Positions 25,601 through 37,833 of a DNA stretch of 64,000 nt are shown piece by piece; the first letter of the stretch is position 1, and each line of letters opens with the position of its first letter. Position numbers and translations under genes: made by a program. Source of the DNA: Phoronis australis (Eukaryota; Animalia; Phoronida). The stretch lies in NCBI GenBank assembly GCA_002633005.1, contig NMRA01000018.1:1313531-1377530 (forward strand), given 5' to 3'. A model generated the notes under the pieces. The model had not been told where the DNA came from, did not search any database, and saw only the letters and a program-made list of their open reading frames with translations.

Positions 25601-28600
25601 TACCCCTGTAAAATTGGTCTAGAATTGTTTCTTGTAAAAATATTTCTGGGTTTGCTAAGAACTGGCGGTTTGTAAATACTTGAGACCAAGCTTGGCACAT
25701 AAAATGACAAGCCAACTCAGCGTGTCTTATCTCAGACAATAACAAATGATCAGTGTTCCAAAACCTTGAAATCACCTCAAATTTGACTAAGAAATAATTT
25801 GAGACCTATTTCGTAACAGCAAGTGGTCTAAATCAAAATTTGCTTCCCGACGGTTAATGACTGCTTGAACGAGATTGAATAGAAATGCTTTGTACATAAG
25901 ACTGGGCTGAAATGATGAACGAACAACTGATCACAATTTTTGTAGCAAGTTTAGAAATTTCAACCGACTATTGACTATACCTGAATAATTTAGTAAATGA
26001 TGTAACTCACTGCTCATAAAAGCTACAATCAAAAACAAGAAAGCACTCAAACAGCACTACGCAAGTGGTAATTTTGAATGATCACCATACTGTGACTTCT
26101 TACGTTTGGGCACAGGGGACTGCAATGCCTGAACATACCGTGTTGCTACATAATAGTTGGACCTAGCTTGTGGTCAAAATGGCTCAATTAGAGTTCATAA
26201 TATGTTAATCACCTAAATACCTCTGAAGTGTGCAGCAGTTTATGAATAGAGGAATGCGAAACTATTTTGTAAAGACGAGAAAAAATGAGTATTATTAGTA
26301 TTTCTGGAGCATTCTGTCCAAGCACCAGCGCCTGTACATATTTAAACTACTGTTACAAAGTAAAACTGTATTGCATATTAACTGAAACAGATATTTTTTT
26401 AACAGTGTTCAAACATTTAAATTCAATTAATTCAAGTGACGAAACGTAATTTAAAAAATATGGGTGATTGCATTTAACGGAGGGCGAGAGGGTTAGCGAA
26501 AAAATAATATGTTCAGGGGCAAAAGTGGTTTCTGTCTTCCCGTACGGATTTTACTGCAACAACACTAACAAAGAAATGAAACAGCTTTTATTTCTATGTT
26601 GATATTACTTACAACTTATCGTATAAGTTGATGCAGACCAATAGTACTCGATATTCGTCTGCCTTAGATAAACTCTGTCAAGTGACACAAAAACCCAGTC
26701 TTGAGTAAAGACTGCAGCAAACCTTGTGCAAAACTGACCAGGTCTAACACTGGAGTCTTCAGTTGTAGAAACATCGAGTTGACGGCAGTCGCAGTCAGTT
26801 GACTAAGCTCAAAATGAAATGCTTCGCCGTAGTCTGTGAAAAACGTTTTTCCAAAATATGTTTGTCTACTCTTCTTATGAGCAAACAGTTGGAGAATCAA
26901 TCGACGGAAAGACTTGACCTGCTCAGCTATCTAAAAACGAAGACAAGCAGGCTGACTTTACAAAGTAACGAGCTATGCATTGAACGATCAATGCATGAAC
27001 AACAAGCAGGCTGACTTTACAAAGTAACGAGCTATGCATTGAACAACCAATGCATGAACAACAAGCAGGCTGACTTTACAAAGTAACGGTCTATGCATCG
27101 AATGATCAATTTCTGAACAACAAGCAGGCTGATTTTACAAAGTAACGAGCTATGCATTGAACGATCAATGTATGAACAACAAGAAGGCTGACTTTACAAA
27201 GTAACGAGCTATGCATTGAACGATCAATGTATGAACAACAAGAAGGCTGACTTTACAAAGTAACGAGCTATGCATTGAACGATCAATGTATGAACAACAA
27301 GAAGGTTGACTTTACAAAGTAACGGTCTATGCATTGAACTATCAATGTATGAACAACAGAATCTTTTTAGCAATCAAGCTTTTTTCCAAAACACTAAAAC
27401 AAAGTGTTACTAATTCAAAGCGGTCTGTGAAACTTCTCAAAAGCAAACCTTATATTTAAATACGACCAAACTCTTACAAATGATCATTTCTAAAGAATAT
27501 CATACTGTTACTGCTTTGGCGATGAATGGGCAAAAATAACTTGTCAGTTCTTTCAAAGCCCGGACACAATTTCTTATCAAAGTAATATGCAAGTTGAGAA
27601 TAAATTTTAAAGCAGTTAGTGGTCTAATTGAAAACAGAGCTTTGTACACAGAAAAATACTAAAGCCAAGAGCACAGACCTTTAATGAACCCACCTTATCG
27701 CGTTCCTCCTCTCTAGGTTTGGGGAAGTATTTGTTCAGTTTGACAACCACATCTTTTGACTTGTCCATCACTTTGTTTAACATAACCTAAAACAATAAAC
27801 AAACTGTGTTGATAGAAAGCTTGTTAAAGATCTCAATGAATCACACACAACAGACATAGTACAGGTCCTGCAATCTTGCCACCACATCTTCCAAGAAACA
27901 CAAAGCCATTTAAATGCTATGTATTTACAGAAACTTCTCAGACACAAACTAAATTTATTTTACGTGTAGTTTGAAGGTTTGTGATGTGATTTAAGAATGT
28001 TTTCACCATTCATACCTTTAAACATTTTCGGAATGAGAAGTTGAGCAATGTGCAGGCTTCCCAACAACTTTCCACAAAAATAAAAACAAGAGCAACGCGG
28101 AGTGTTGAAATGCGCCCACGAATGCATCACAAATGATGGGATTTTAGGGTTATTTATTTGTTTCATAAAAACGGCCACTAGATGGCGCAAAAACGTATAA
28201 TCCATCCAAATGCCATATTTCATAAAAATCTGTCAGGAACTTCAGAGAAACAAAGAAAAACAGAATAAAATGAAATTGCCACTTGTGGGCACAGTGTCTG
28301 TTTGATCCGCCTGAAAGTCACCGTCGTCTCTAATCTTCATATAAATACACTTGATAAATTTAATAGAGATCCTGCAGTGAGTTTTGGAGATACAGCTATG
28401 GGCGCAAAACAAAACAAAACTACCACTAGGAGGTGCCACAGTAGTCAGTCGCCATCATCAAACGTCCTCTTCACACTGAAAACACATATGTCAATTTTCA
28501 AAACCATCCCTAGAATGACTTGGTTGATAGAGGGGTGGACCCCAAAAACAAGATTTGGAAACAGCAAAAATGGCCACTAGGTGGCCCAAAATACCTCGAT

Positions 28601-31600
28601 TCCATCCAAAAAAAGGAGGATAGCGTCATCTCACCAATAGATGCCTTTTATGAAAATTTGTTGAGGACCTTTGAAGATAGAGGTAATAGTAAAAAACTAA
28701 AATTGTCAATAGGGGGCACACCAGTACTCAGTTTCTGTCTGAAAGTTGTTGTCGTTCGTTGTCAATAACATATAAATACACTGCTAAATTAAGTAAAGAT
28801 CCTGCAAATGGGTTAGGAGATACAGCCATGAGCGCAAAAAAAACTGCCACTAGGAGGTGCCACAGTAGTCAAACTCATCGTCACTCAGCCGTCCGTTTCA
28901 TAGTAAAAACATACATGCCAATTTTCACAATCATCCTTCGAGCGGTTTGGTTGATAGAGGGGTGGACGCAAAAATAGTAAAAATGGATACTAGGTGGCGC
29001 AAACTACGTCGAATCCAACCGAAAACGAGAGGATAGCACCATCTCACTAATAGGTGCCTACATACCAAATTTTATGAAAATCTGTCAAGGACTTTTGAAA
29101 ATACAGAGGTAAACGTAAAAAACTAAAATTGCCACTAGGGGACATACCAGTAGTTGCATCCGTCCGAAAGTTAGCTCATGCCGTCCCATCCACAGAAGGA
29201 ACACATGTGCAAAATTTCATGAACATACGTCAAGGGCGTTTTGGAGATAGAGCAGCAGACGCTGGACGGACGGACGGACTGAGAGACGGACGGAGGTGAC
29301 GGCATAAGGTGTCCACACATAAATATAAGGGCACTTAAAAAGTAGGACAGGCATATTACAAAAAGGAGTTAAAAAGGCATGGAATGCAATTAGAGCAGGG
29401 TACTCATCTTTTCAGGGTGCGGGTGTCAATAGGCTTCCAAATATTGGGCGATATTTATACTTCGCCAAAATGAAAAAATGTGACGTATACCTAGAGCTAG
29501 AAACGTGTTCCCATGTCTATACCTATTGAAAGACATATTAAAATATAACCCATTTATACCTCGCCTGTAACCAAACTATACTTGATCCATATTTCTAGCA
29601 ACTTTTGAAAATCCCATCTGAGTATTCGTACCATGCAGAGAAAGATCAGACCAAAACTTATATCAAGAAAAGAGAGTGATCTTCCGATACCACTTTCATA
29701 ATTACTAATTACGCTTCAGCCTCCACTAAAAATAGTCGGTTGAATGAAAATTGTGATGCTAACCGCATTTGTTACCTTTTGTAGCCTAAAAAGGTGAGAT
29801 TAGCCACCACTTTAGTATGTTAAAACTGCATTTCGATCTGTTTAGGTGAGTAAGAAACGTAAATCAAACCGGACCTTTTACTCTTATAAAATTGTTCTCA
29901 AAATTTTCCGCAATGTGATAGGACTTTACTTCCTTCAGCAAAAAGAACTTTAAAATCATCAACAATCCAAGAAAATGCTTCCAAAGTTTGTCGGTATCGG
30001 CCCACCCTAATAAACATGAAAAGGGCCCAATTATGCACTGCCCGTCACTTGAGTTGCTGGCTCATTCAGCAACAGTTCAGGATCAGATGTGCATGGAGAT
30101 GTTTTCAAATCCCAATGGGCTTCTCCCAGAGAAAATTCAATATTTTTAGCTTAACAGCTGCAAATGACAATTTAACGAACTGCGAGTATTCATCGACAAC
30201 CTCTGGTGAGATAGTCATCAGGGATCGCTCATAGTCGTCANNNNNNNNNNNNNNNNNNNNNNNNNNNNNNNNNNNNNNNNNNNNNNNNNNNNNNNNNNNN
30301 NNNNNNNNNNNNNNNNNNNNNNNNNNNNNNNNNNNNNNNNNNNNNNNNNNNNNNNNNNNNNNNNNNNNNNNNNNNNNNNNNNNNNNNNNNNNNNNNNNNN
30401 NNNNNNNNNNNNNNNNNNNNNNNNNNNNNNNNNNNNNNNNNNNNNNNNNNNNNNNNNNNNNNNNNNNNNNNNNNNNNNNNNNNNNNNNNNNNNNNNNNNN
30501 NNNNNNNNNNNNNNNNNNNNNNNNNNNNNNNNNNNNNTATTAAAATATAACCCATTTATACCTCGCCTGTAACCAAACTATACTTGATCCATATTTCTAG
30601 CAACTTTTGAAAATCCCATCCGAGTATTCGTACCATGCAGAGAAAGATCAGACCAAAACTTATATCAAGAAAAGAGAGTGATCTTCCGATACCACTTTCA
30701 TAATTACTAATTACGCTTCAGCTTCCACTAAAAATAGTCGGTTGAATGAAAATTGTGATGCTAACCGCATTTGCTAACTTTTGTAGCCTAAAAAGGCGAG
30801 ATTAGCCACCACTTTAGTATGTTAAAACTGCATTTCGATCTGTTTAGGTGAGTAAGAAACGTAAATCAAACCGGATCTTTTACTCTTATAAAATTGTTCT
30901 CAAAATTTTCCGCAATGTGATAGGACTTTACTTCCTTCAGCAAAAAGAACTTTAAAATCATCAACAATCCAAGAAAATGCTTCAAAAGTTTGTTGGTATC
31001 GGCCCACCCTAATAAACTTGAAAAGGACACAATTATGCACTGCCCGTCACTTGAGTTGCTGGCTCATTCAGCAACAGTTCAGGATCAGATGTGCATGGAG
31101 ATGTTTTCAAATCCCAATGGGCTTCTCCCAGAGAAAATTCAATATTTTTAGCTTAACAGCTGCAAATGACAATTTAACGAACTGCGAGTATTCATCGACA
31201 ACCTCTGGTGAGATAGTCATCAGGGATCGCTCATAGTCGTCAATGCCAGAATCATTCAGTGGGACTTGCGACACACAAGAGTTATGCCAGTGTTACAAAA
31301 AAGCCTTCCGTGAATTCTATTTTTGTTGGTATTTCAAGCAGTATTGCAAACGACTAGACACCTTGACAGTGACATCATTGCTACAGAAAAATCTCAAAAC
31401 CAAACTCATTCCAAAACAGTGAAATCGATCCACCAATGTATACTAACTAAAAAATTCACTATTAGCAAACTCATACAGCGTGACGGATCTTAGATATTAA
31501 CGGTGTCCTTCATGAGCATGCAAGCAGATAACGTTACCATGACTCACCAAGGTTTTTAAACTGTAGGTAATCTTGGTAAGTGTACGTTTATGGCTGGATA

Positions 31601-33291
31601 CCAGTTGAGCATCACACAGAAGAAAGTTCAAAATTTCTATAGCTAACTCGTACTGTAACACGTCTTTCCTGTCAACTATATGCATCAACGTAGACAGTAA
31701 CAGGTGTGTGCCGTATTTTTTCACCAAGTGTGACCACTGACTGCTCTTTGCTTGAATTTCTGAAACAAAAATTGATGAACATGTACCTTACGTTATGAGC
31801 TTCGTCGAAATCATAGCACTTGTAACACAACTTTTGAACTGCCGGCAATATTTTTAGAGGTGTTATTAACTCACTCTTACATCAAACAACTAACTGTGAA
31901 ACAGGTCTCAACATATCCCATAATCAGAGTCAGGGTAAAGAAAATTTGCTCTTCGATGTGAAAACACTGTACTTGTTACTCAAATAGCCAAGTATATTAA
32001 ATTTTTTTAGATAACAGAAACTGTCGCAGGCTCCGAATGGTGACCATTAAACTTCAAAGCACTGTACATTTTTGTAGCAAGTTTCGGTGACGTTTGGTAT
32101 CTAGTTTTCAAAGGCTGGTCACCTAGAAATATACATGCATACGTGTACACATATAAACACACTTATGCACGCACGCACGCACGCGAACACATGCACAGAC
32201 GCACTCATTAGAGGTGACTTAAAGTGGAAATTGCAGGCTAATTCCTTATCCCTCTAATTGCTTGGCCAAAATTAGTTAGAAGCAAAATGTATAGCGATGA
32301 TGTGAATAGGAAGTATGTTGAAATTGTCAGGTGTTTTAAAGAACACGTTTTGTTGTAAAAGTGATCGGCCATAAATCACTGAACAATGTCCGGTAACTAT
32401 CGTGAAGTGGAGCTGGGGAACAACACTGTGGCAATGTGAGCCAGCGAGGTACATCATTAGTGCAAAGGTCACATATTTGCAGAATTTTTTGTTTTCACAT
32501 AAATTTACAAGTTGTCAAAGAATACAACTGTATTTTATATAGCATAGATTATGTTAAAATAACACTGAAATTTAGTTCCTGCTATACATTAGCATAGTCA
32601 AGGTACCTAAACTACACGGTTAACGGACTCATAAACATGGTCACGGACGCATGAACATGACTTGCGGACCTGCAAATACCGTTCACCGACTCACAAACAC
32701 GGGAACGGACTCAGAAAACACGATTCATTCACCCAAATACACGGGACACGGACTCATATTCACGAGGAAACACGGGTCACGGACTCATCGGCTTCCTGGG
32801 TCAGCTGACATCTACATTTTGTCCGTAAACCGTGTTGTAACTCTGAACATATGCTAAGAGTACTCTGAGAGAGATAGAATCGGCATAAGTCAGAGAGTTG
32901 TGTTTAAAGTAGCATTTGTTAAAAAGAAAATTTGTGACCAATACACACAAATAACAAGTTATAAAACATTTACCCAACAAACATAAAATGTCAAATTGTT
33001 TTAACAAAATATAGCTTTAAAACAAGATAAAGGTCATTCCATATAATGATCTTAAAGAACAAACTTGAACTTGTTATATGCAGTTCAAGAACACATTATT
33101 ATATAAACAACACTTCACAAAACATTCATCTTATGACAATGTCTCAATGAATTACTGATATTTGCTTGCTTCATATCATTAACAGCACACATACCTTTAA
33201 TAACGCTGAAAGCACCATGAAAGCATGCATGTTCCAGAACCCATTCTTCAGTTAAACTTGGAAGAGTTGACATCTTTTCAATTGACCCCAT
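22608..33291 (-). CDS. TINF2: TIN2 (TINF2) N-terminal-domain protein, shelterin-like, about 342 aa in the minimal model
   Basis: Phase-consistent GT-AG exons 33291-33195, 31759-31548, 27786-27694, 26930-26739, 25392-25196, then less certain 24728-24634 and 22750-22608 (poly(A) signal at about 22554). Product: ...LMHIVDRKDVLQYELAIEILNFL...TKITYSLKTLVMLNKV..VVVKLNKYFPKP..QVKSFRRLILQLFAHKKSRQTYFGKTFFTDYGEAFHFELSQL..LKTPVLD, which follows the TINF2_N pattern (VV..R.V..Y...EF, GLK.K..., LN.HFP, F..LV..L....R..FF...F..EYG..F...L..L, LP.P). Orthology is not verified. Confidence 0.68.
26944..27357. repeat. Minisatellite, 59-bp unit x 7
   Basis: caagcaggctgactttacaaagtaacgagctatgcattgaacgatcaatgYatgaacaa starts at 26944, 27003, 27062, 27121 and onward. 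Confidence 0.95.
28085..29340 (+). mobile_element. Modular non-autonomous element (pearl/DINE-1/HINE-like)
   Basis: Begins aacaagagcaacgcggag, has internal diverged subrepeats each containing ccactagRNggc, a (GGAC)n microsatellite at about 29264-29293, a short terminal hairpin and an A-rich end. An inverted full-length relative lies at 61718-63081. Family assignment is by architecture only. Confidence 0.65.
29536..31242. other. Assembly gap (N 30241-30537) flanked by a near-identical 705-bp direct duplication
   Basis: 29536-30240 equals 30538-31242 apart from a few substitutions; both copies abut the gap exactly. Confidence 0.9.
32598..32837 (+). repeat. Interspersed repeat built of cacgg/acggactca subunits, copy 1
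   Basis: caaggtacctaaact...cctgcaaataccgttcaccgactcacaaacacgggaacgg...cattcacccaaatac is homologous to 58887-58942 plus 59713-59915. Confidence 0.7.
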
Positions 33292-36200
33292 CAAATGTCA
33301 ATCTTGGAAACATTCAGGCCAGTTGAAGTGGTCTGAAAGTGATCAATGATGTAGACAAAAAGTTTGTGGAAATCAAAAGAAAAAAGAGACAGGCAGAAAG
33401 CACGATAATGTTCATTACTTCAACAAAACCTATTCTTTATTGCCTTTGCCGAGGCCCGTACATTAGCAGTCCAGTGTACTTTTGCATGCATAGGTGGTTG
33501 TAATCCAATTCAGCATGTGCTGTTTTTGTACAGTCATCAGGGTCATTCTTATTGTAGTCTTCAGGCGTAGTCTTCCGGTGTTATTTTCATTACATATTTT
33601 TACTTACAAGTAATCTCAAGACAGGTCCCACACCCATGCTGCCTTTTCGGCGCGGCTAGGAGAAAGGTGACCTCCCCATAACCCTCCGTATGTTTCTGTT
33701 AGACCTCGAGCATATGGACTACAATGGTGAACTTCAGCGACGGGAAGGGCTTTTGGAAAAAAATTTGATTGTGAGAGTATTTGAGTATTTATTTGAACTG
33801 CAAGGATTTAAAGATTAAATGCCTCTCAGGTGCCCATCCACACTCAAAAGACACCCACAGTAACCCAACATTCATACTTTACCCATTGCTCAGTCCCCAG
33901 TTGCATGAAACAGTCCCAAATAAGGACTCAGCAAAGTTCCATAAATCTTTTGCATATTTGTTTCATTCTATACTCACAGATGTAATATTTTTCCACCAGT
34001 TCATCTTTATTGAGAGTTTCAATTCATTTGACTAATGATATTTTCTAGTACTAGTAACACAATGAAAATCTGAGCCCTTAGTTCAGTCAAAATTAACTAG
34101 GGACTTAGTCCTAAAATTAGGGATGTTAAATGAAAAGATCCCTATAAGGGTTCCTATTCACTTTCAATAATATTGAAAATTCAATGTACAGTTAAATCTC
34201 AATTTGTATCAAAGCCAAAAATTGACTCAGTAATGAAACTCAGACAACATAAGAAAGTACAATCAGTGTTTTCACAAGCCCACAACTACATAGTAGATTT
34301 AGGGAACTTGGTTAAGTCCCCATTTGGGACTGTTTCATGCAACTGGGCAGTGGAAGGCAATTACATCGCCGTGTATTTCGCAGGCATAAACAGGCGACAC
34401 TAGACCTCCGTAAAAAGTTACTCATCTCAAAATGCAGCAAATAATATCGAATAACACATATAATGCATATACACATAATTTGAACATATCTTTGAAAATC
34501 TGTCGCAATCCACTTGAGCTTCCCTCACAGGGTACGTGGCATTTTGAGGAAGTTACACAAAATCACGTCTACTGACAAACAAAAAGTCCAAGAGACACAA
34601 ACCACGCCAGGAGAAATGACATCATTTCATTTCTCCTGGCACTCGCAGTGTTAAAAATGGCCAGTTGCCAATTTGGGGAACTGAATGAAGGACTGCTCGG
34701 AAAAAAATTTGATTACTGTACATGAGTATTTGTTCGAATTGGAAGAGCCTTCTAAGGTGTCCAACAATGAGAAGGTACTTATAATAACGTGACTTGGACG
34801 TTTTATTCAGTGTGAGGCGTAATTCGCCAAAAAACTTCTGGCGCATGGCGCTTTACACCGTCTCTAAGCCAATGTCAGTAGAGACAGTGGTCACAGACTG
34901 TTTACTACCTCATGACAGCGTTCTCTCATTCAGTGACTTTACCAGATGTAGAGGGTTGTGACCATGTGATGGCATCTATGTCCTTTGTTAACTGCCGATC
35001 ACAGTCTTTTGTCTGGTTAGGCAATGCCTCTGTTGGCCTGGGCCAACAGAGGCGATGGTCATTGCCTATTGTCTGGTATGACAACAGGCACGCCAATTAT
35101 CTACCCGGATTATTACAGACCACATGTGAACACAATCAAACCAAAAGCGAATTGGTACGTTCGGAAAGAATAGATTGTCGTAACTTCGGTCGTAGTCAGG
35201 CTATTTTGGCGATTCAAAAACCAAACATGATCAGAATTTGATGAGGAATTCAGAAATGCTATTGGATTGGTTTATGTGCAAATATGTTATGATAGGATCT
35301 TATTGGAGATTAGAGCAATTATCGAACAAAAGAGAGCTGGCCCTCCAACCAACAATGGAGTTAATCAGTCGTGTAATATAGTGGCTACAGGGGTCATCTT
35401 CCCAACTTCTTGCTGGGCTATAGAATCGAACAAGTTGGGATCAACGGCCAAACGCCGTAAATCGCAATTGCAATTCGCAACTTGTCACTGTGCCACTGTC
35501 TGTCTGCAGGGATTCTAGTAGTAAATCAACCTTCTCACCTAATCTCACAGCAAGTTATCCTGGAACAGGAAGGTAAACAAAAATAAGCAAATAGTCGTTC
35601 CACTGCACTCAAATTAAAACCCCTGAAGACGCTACACTGCCACTGGTTGCAAACCGATGTACACTGGTGCATGTTTTCGAATTTTTCGGTGTTGCTGCTA
35701 TCGCCATCTGTTGGTCGTTTGGTTGTGTGAATATGTACAGGTTTGGAGATTCAGTTCTACAGTTTTTGTTTATTGCAGTCAGTATCAATTCAGACTTTGA
35801 TAAACAGGTTAAAAGTTTTCTGATTGTAAAACTGCTTCTAGTCATTCAAAAACGTGCGTTTCGTAAAAATGAATTTGGCTCATAGAGGGCGCTGACTGGC
35901 TTTGTTATTATTCTGGCGCATCAAGTTTTGGCGCATGTTTTTGTTGGTCAAGTTCATTGAAAGTAAGTTATTGACTCGTTTAGTTTGCATCGGTGTACTG
36001 GGGGTAGATATGTACTTCAAAACAATGTTAGCGCAAGTGACAAAATCGTATTTTAAATAATGATGTTTGTTTTCCTATGCAGTGTTTCACACATGTGCGT
36101 CCCATGTGGGTGTGTAAATATAAATAAACGGCCCGCGTTGGCCGCGTAAATAAACTGAGTGATAAAAAGTACAGTACAATCACAGGCGTACTTAGCTTCT

Positions 36201-36628
36201 GATCGTCCGCAATACACATTCTTTACGCAATGATTGGATATAGTGGTCCCTGATTTAGAGAACCAGGCGATCACTGAATAACGTGCCTGTCACTTTGTAG
36301 AGGAAACTGATTCTCTAGTCTAAATCATGGACCTCTATCCGACCAGGCAGTGCCCTATGACGTATATAGGTAGCGAGGACAGCATTCGTTACCGAATTGC
36401 TTCGCATAACTGTCATGTCGTGTTAAATTCGCTCTTTACAATTGGCAAAAAATCACTCAAAAATTCAATGTTTGCCTATGAAACACGTCAAAGATCGATT
36501 CTGCATTATCCCATGTTCACGCGACATGCTTACAAATCATCGGGAGGCCTGTTCTCAGTTAATTCTTTTGAACTTGATTTAGCAACAACCAAATAACGGT
36601 CGGATTCACACAAGCTGCTTATATTTAC

Positions 36629-36900
36629 CAGGTGTCTGCTGACAAGTGTAAAAACTCAGCTTGCATACTTCGGAATTCCAGGTCGCATTTTGCGACTTGA
36701 TAGAAGCTGGCAAAAATCTCAGCTCGCAATTCCAAATTTCAGGTAGCAAATGCTGGTAATGAGAATTTCACTGTGTATTTGTCATTCGATTGGAAGAATT
36801 TGCTTGTTTACTTCCGAAGGCGAAGTGGCTGTGAAATTATCTGGCGACAATGAGACTTGAACTGGAGTTCCCTGTGTGAGACCTGAGCATGCAAACCATT
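36629..36900. promoter_or_regulatory. Candidate shared promoter and first non-coding exons of the TINF2-like gene (-) and TWNK (+)
   Basis: The first coding exons of both genes are preceded by splice acceptors (33333 on -, 37720 on +), so UTR exons must lie upstream of each. A minus-strand donor CTG|GTAAAT occurs at 36628 in a CpG-containing patch. Exact location is inferred. Confidence 0.3.
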
Positions 36901-36987
36901 CGCTTAAGAAGCAATTGCAGCTTAATGGTGAGGCTTTATTGGACAGTTTATGTCTGGTAAAGTCACTGAATTGGAGAATGCCCTAAT

Positions 36988-37183
36988 CATGCGCGCAACC
37001 AGGGGGGGGCTCGAACGAGCCCTTCTATTTGGCGAAGTGAGCGAAAAGGTGTGCCTCCGATAAACAAAAATGAGGCAAAAGTCCACTAAACAAGCACAAA
37101 AGCGCAATTTTTTTTAGTCCGCCCAAAAGGTCCACAGCATCAGGAATTCGAGCCCCCCATATTGAAGGCTGGGTGCGCGCATG
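36988..37183. mobile_element. MITE with CATGCGCGCA termini and 5-bp target duplication (ctaat)
   Basis: ctaat|catgcgcgcaaccaggggggggctcgaa...ttcgagccccccatattgaaggctgggtgcgcgcatg|ctaat. Relatives at 61241-61514 and a fragment at about 11068-11130. Confidence 0.8.
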
Positions 37184-37833
37184 CTAATGGATCGCTATAT
37201 TCGGCCAGAGCCCAGCCTAACATCCTGGAATTTACCCTCAGCAGCACTTACGCATGTCCTGGAACATGCTTTGCCTTCGGCAGTGCTCTCCTTGTGTTCT
37301 GGATCCACCACCACCAGGTTGGCACCCTCTCCAGTGGTCACTTAGAACAACTATTAGTTGGGTTTTCATGGGTCTTGCCTTAGTTGGGTGCCAATGTTGA
37401 AAAATCTCCCGACACTAAGACTTCAACCAAGGAAAGAGTGCCCAAACCGCCCAGCCAAGGGGCAATTGTTGTTTGACAAGTGGCTTGGAGAGGCTTTATT
37501 GGACTGTCATGTCTAGAAGTCATGTGATAACATGGTACTCGTATAGGGCTCGCGTGACATTTTGTGGCTGACCTATTTTTCCGTTTGTTCTTGAAACTGA
37601 GTCTGACAGTGTTCACACTTTTATGTCAAGTTTAATAATCAACAGTGACAATTCTGTAAGTCAGTTATGTGGCAACAGTAACTAGAATCGTGTGTCTTAC
37701 TATCTTGTTTTTATTCACAGGAATTGCATGGTATGGCTGCCAAAATATCTTTCACAAATGGTGGAAATGTGGACGATTTGACCTTGCTGTGTAATGAAGC
37801 TGTTGGTGCTTTGTGTCTGTGACCTGCTGTGAC

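Noticed and set aside
26944-27357. CRISPR-like regular array
   Set aside because: Units are contiguous with no unique spacers, the context is a eukaryotic intron, and no cas genes are present.
30238-30555. 105-aa ORF of X residues, and twin 72-aa ORFs at 30016 and 31018
   Set aside because: Artefacts of the N gap and the flanking duplication; no recognisable protein.
17997-33291. TINF2_N plus C2H2 zinc-finger fusion like those in teleost fish
   Set aside because: The two genes are on opposite strands, converge, and each has its own stop codon.
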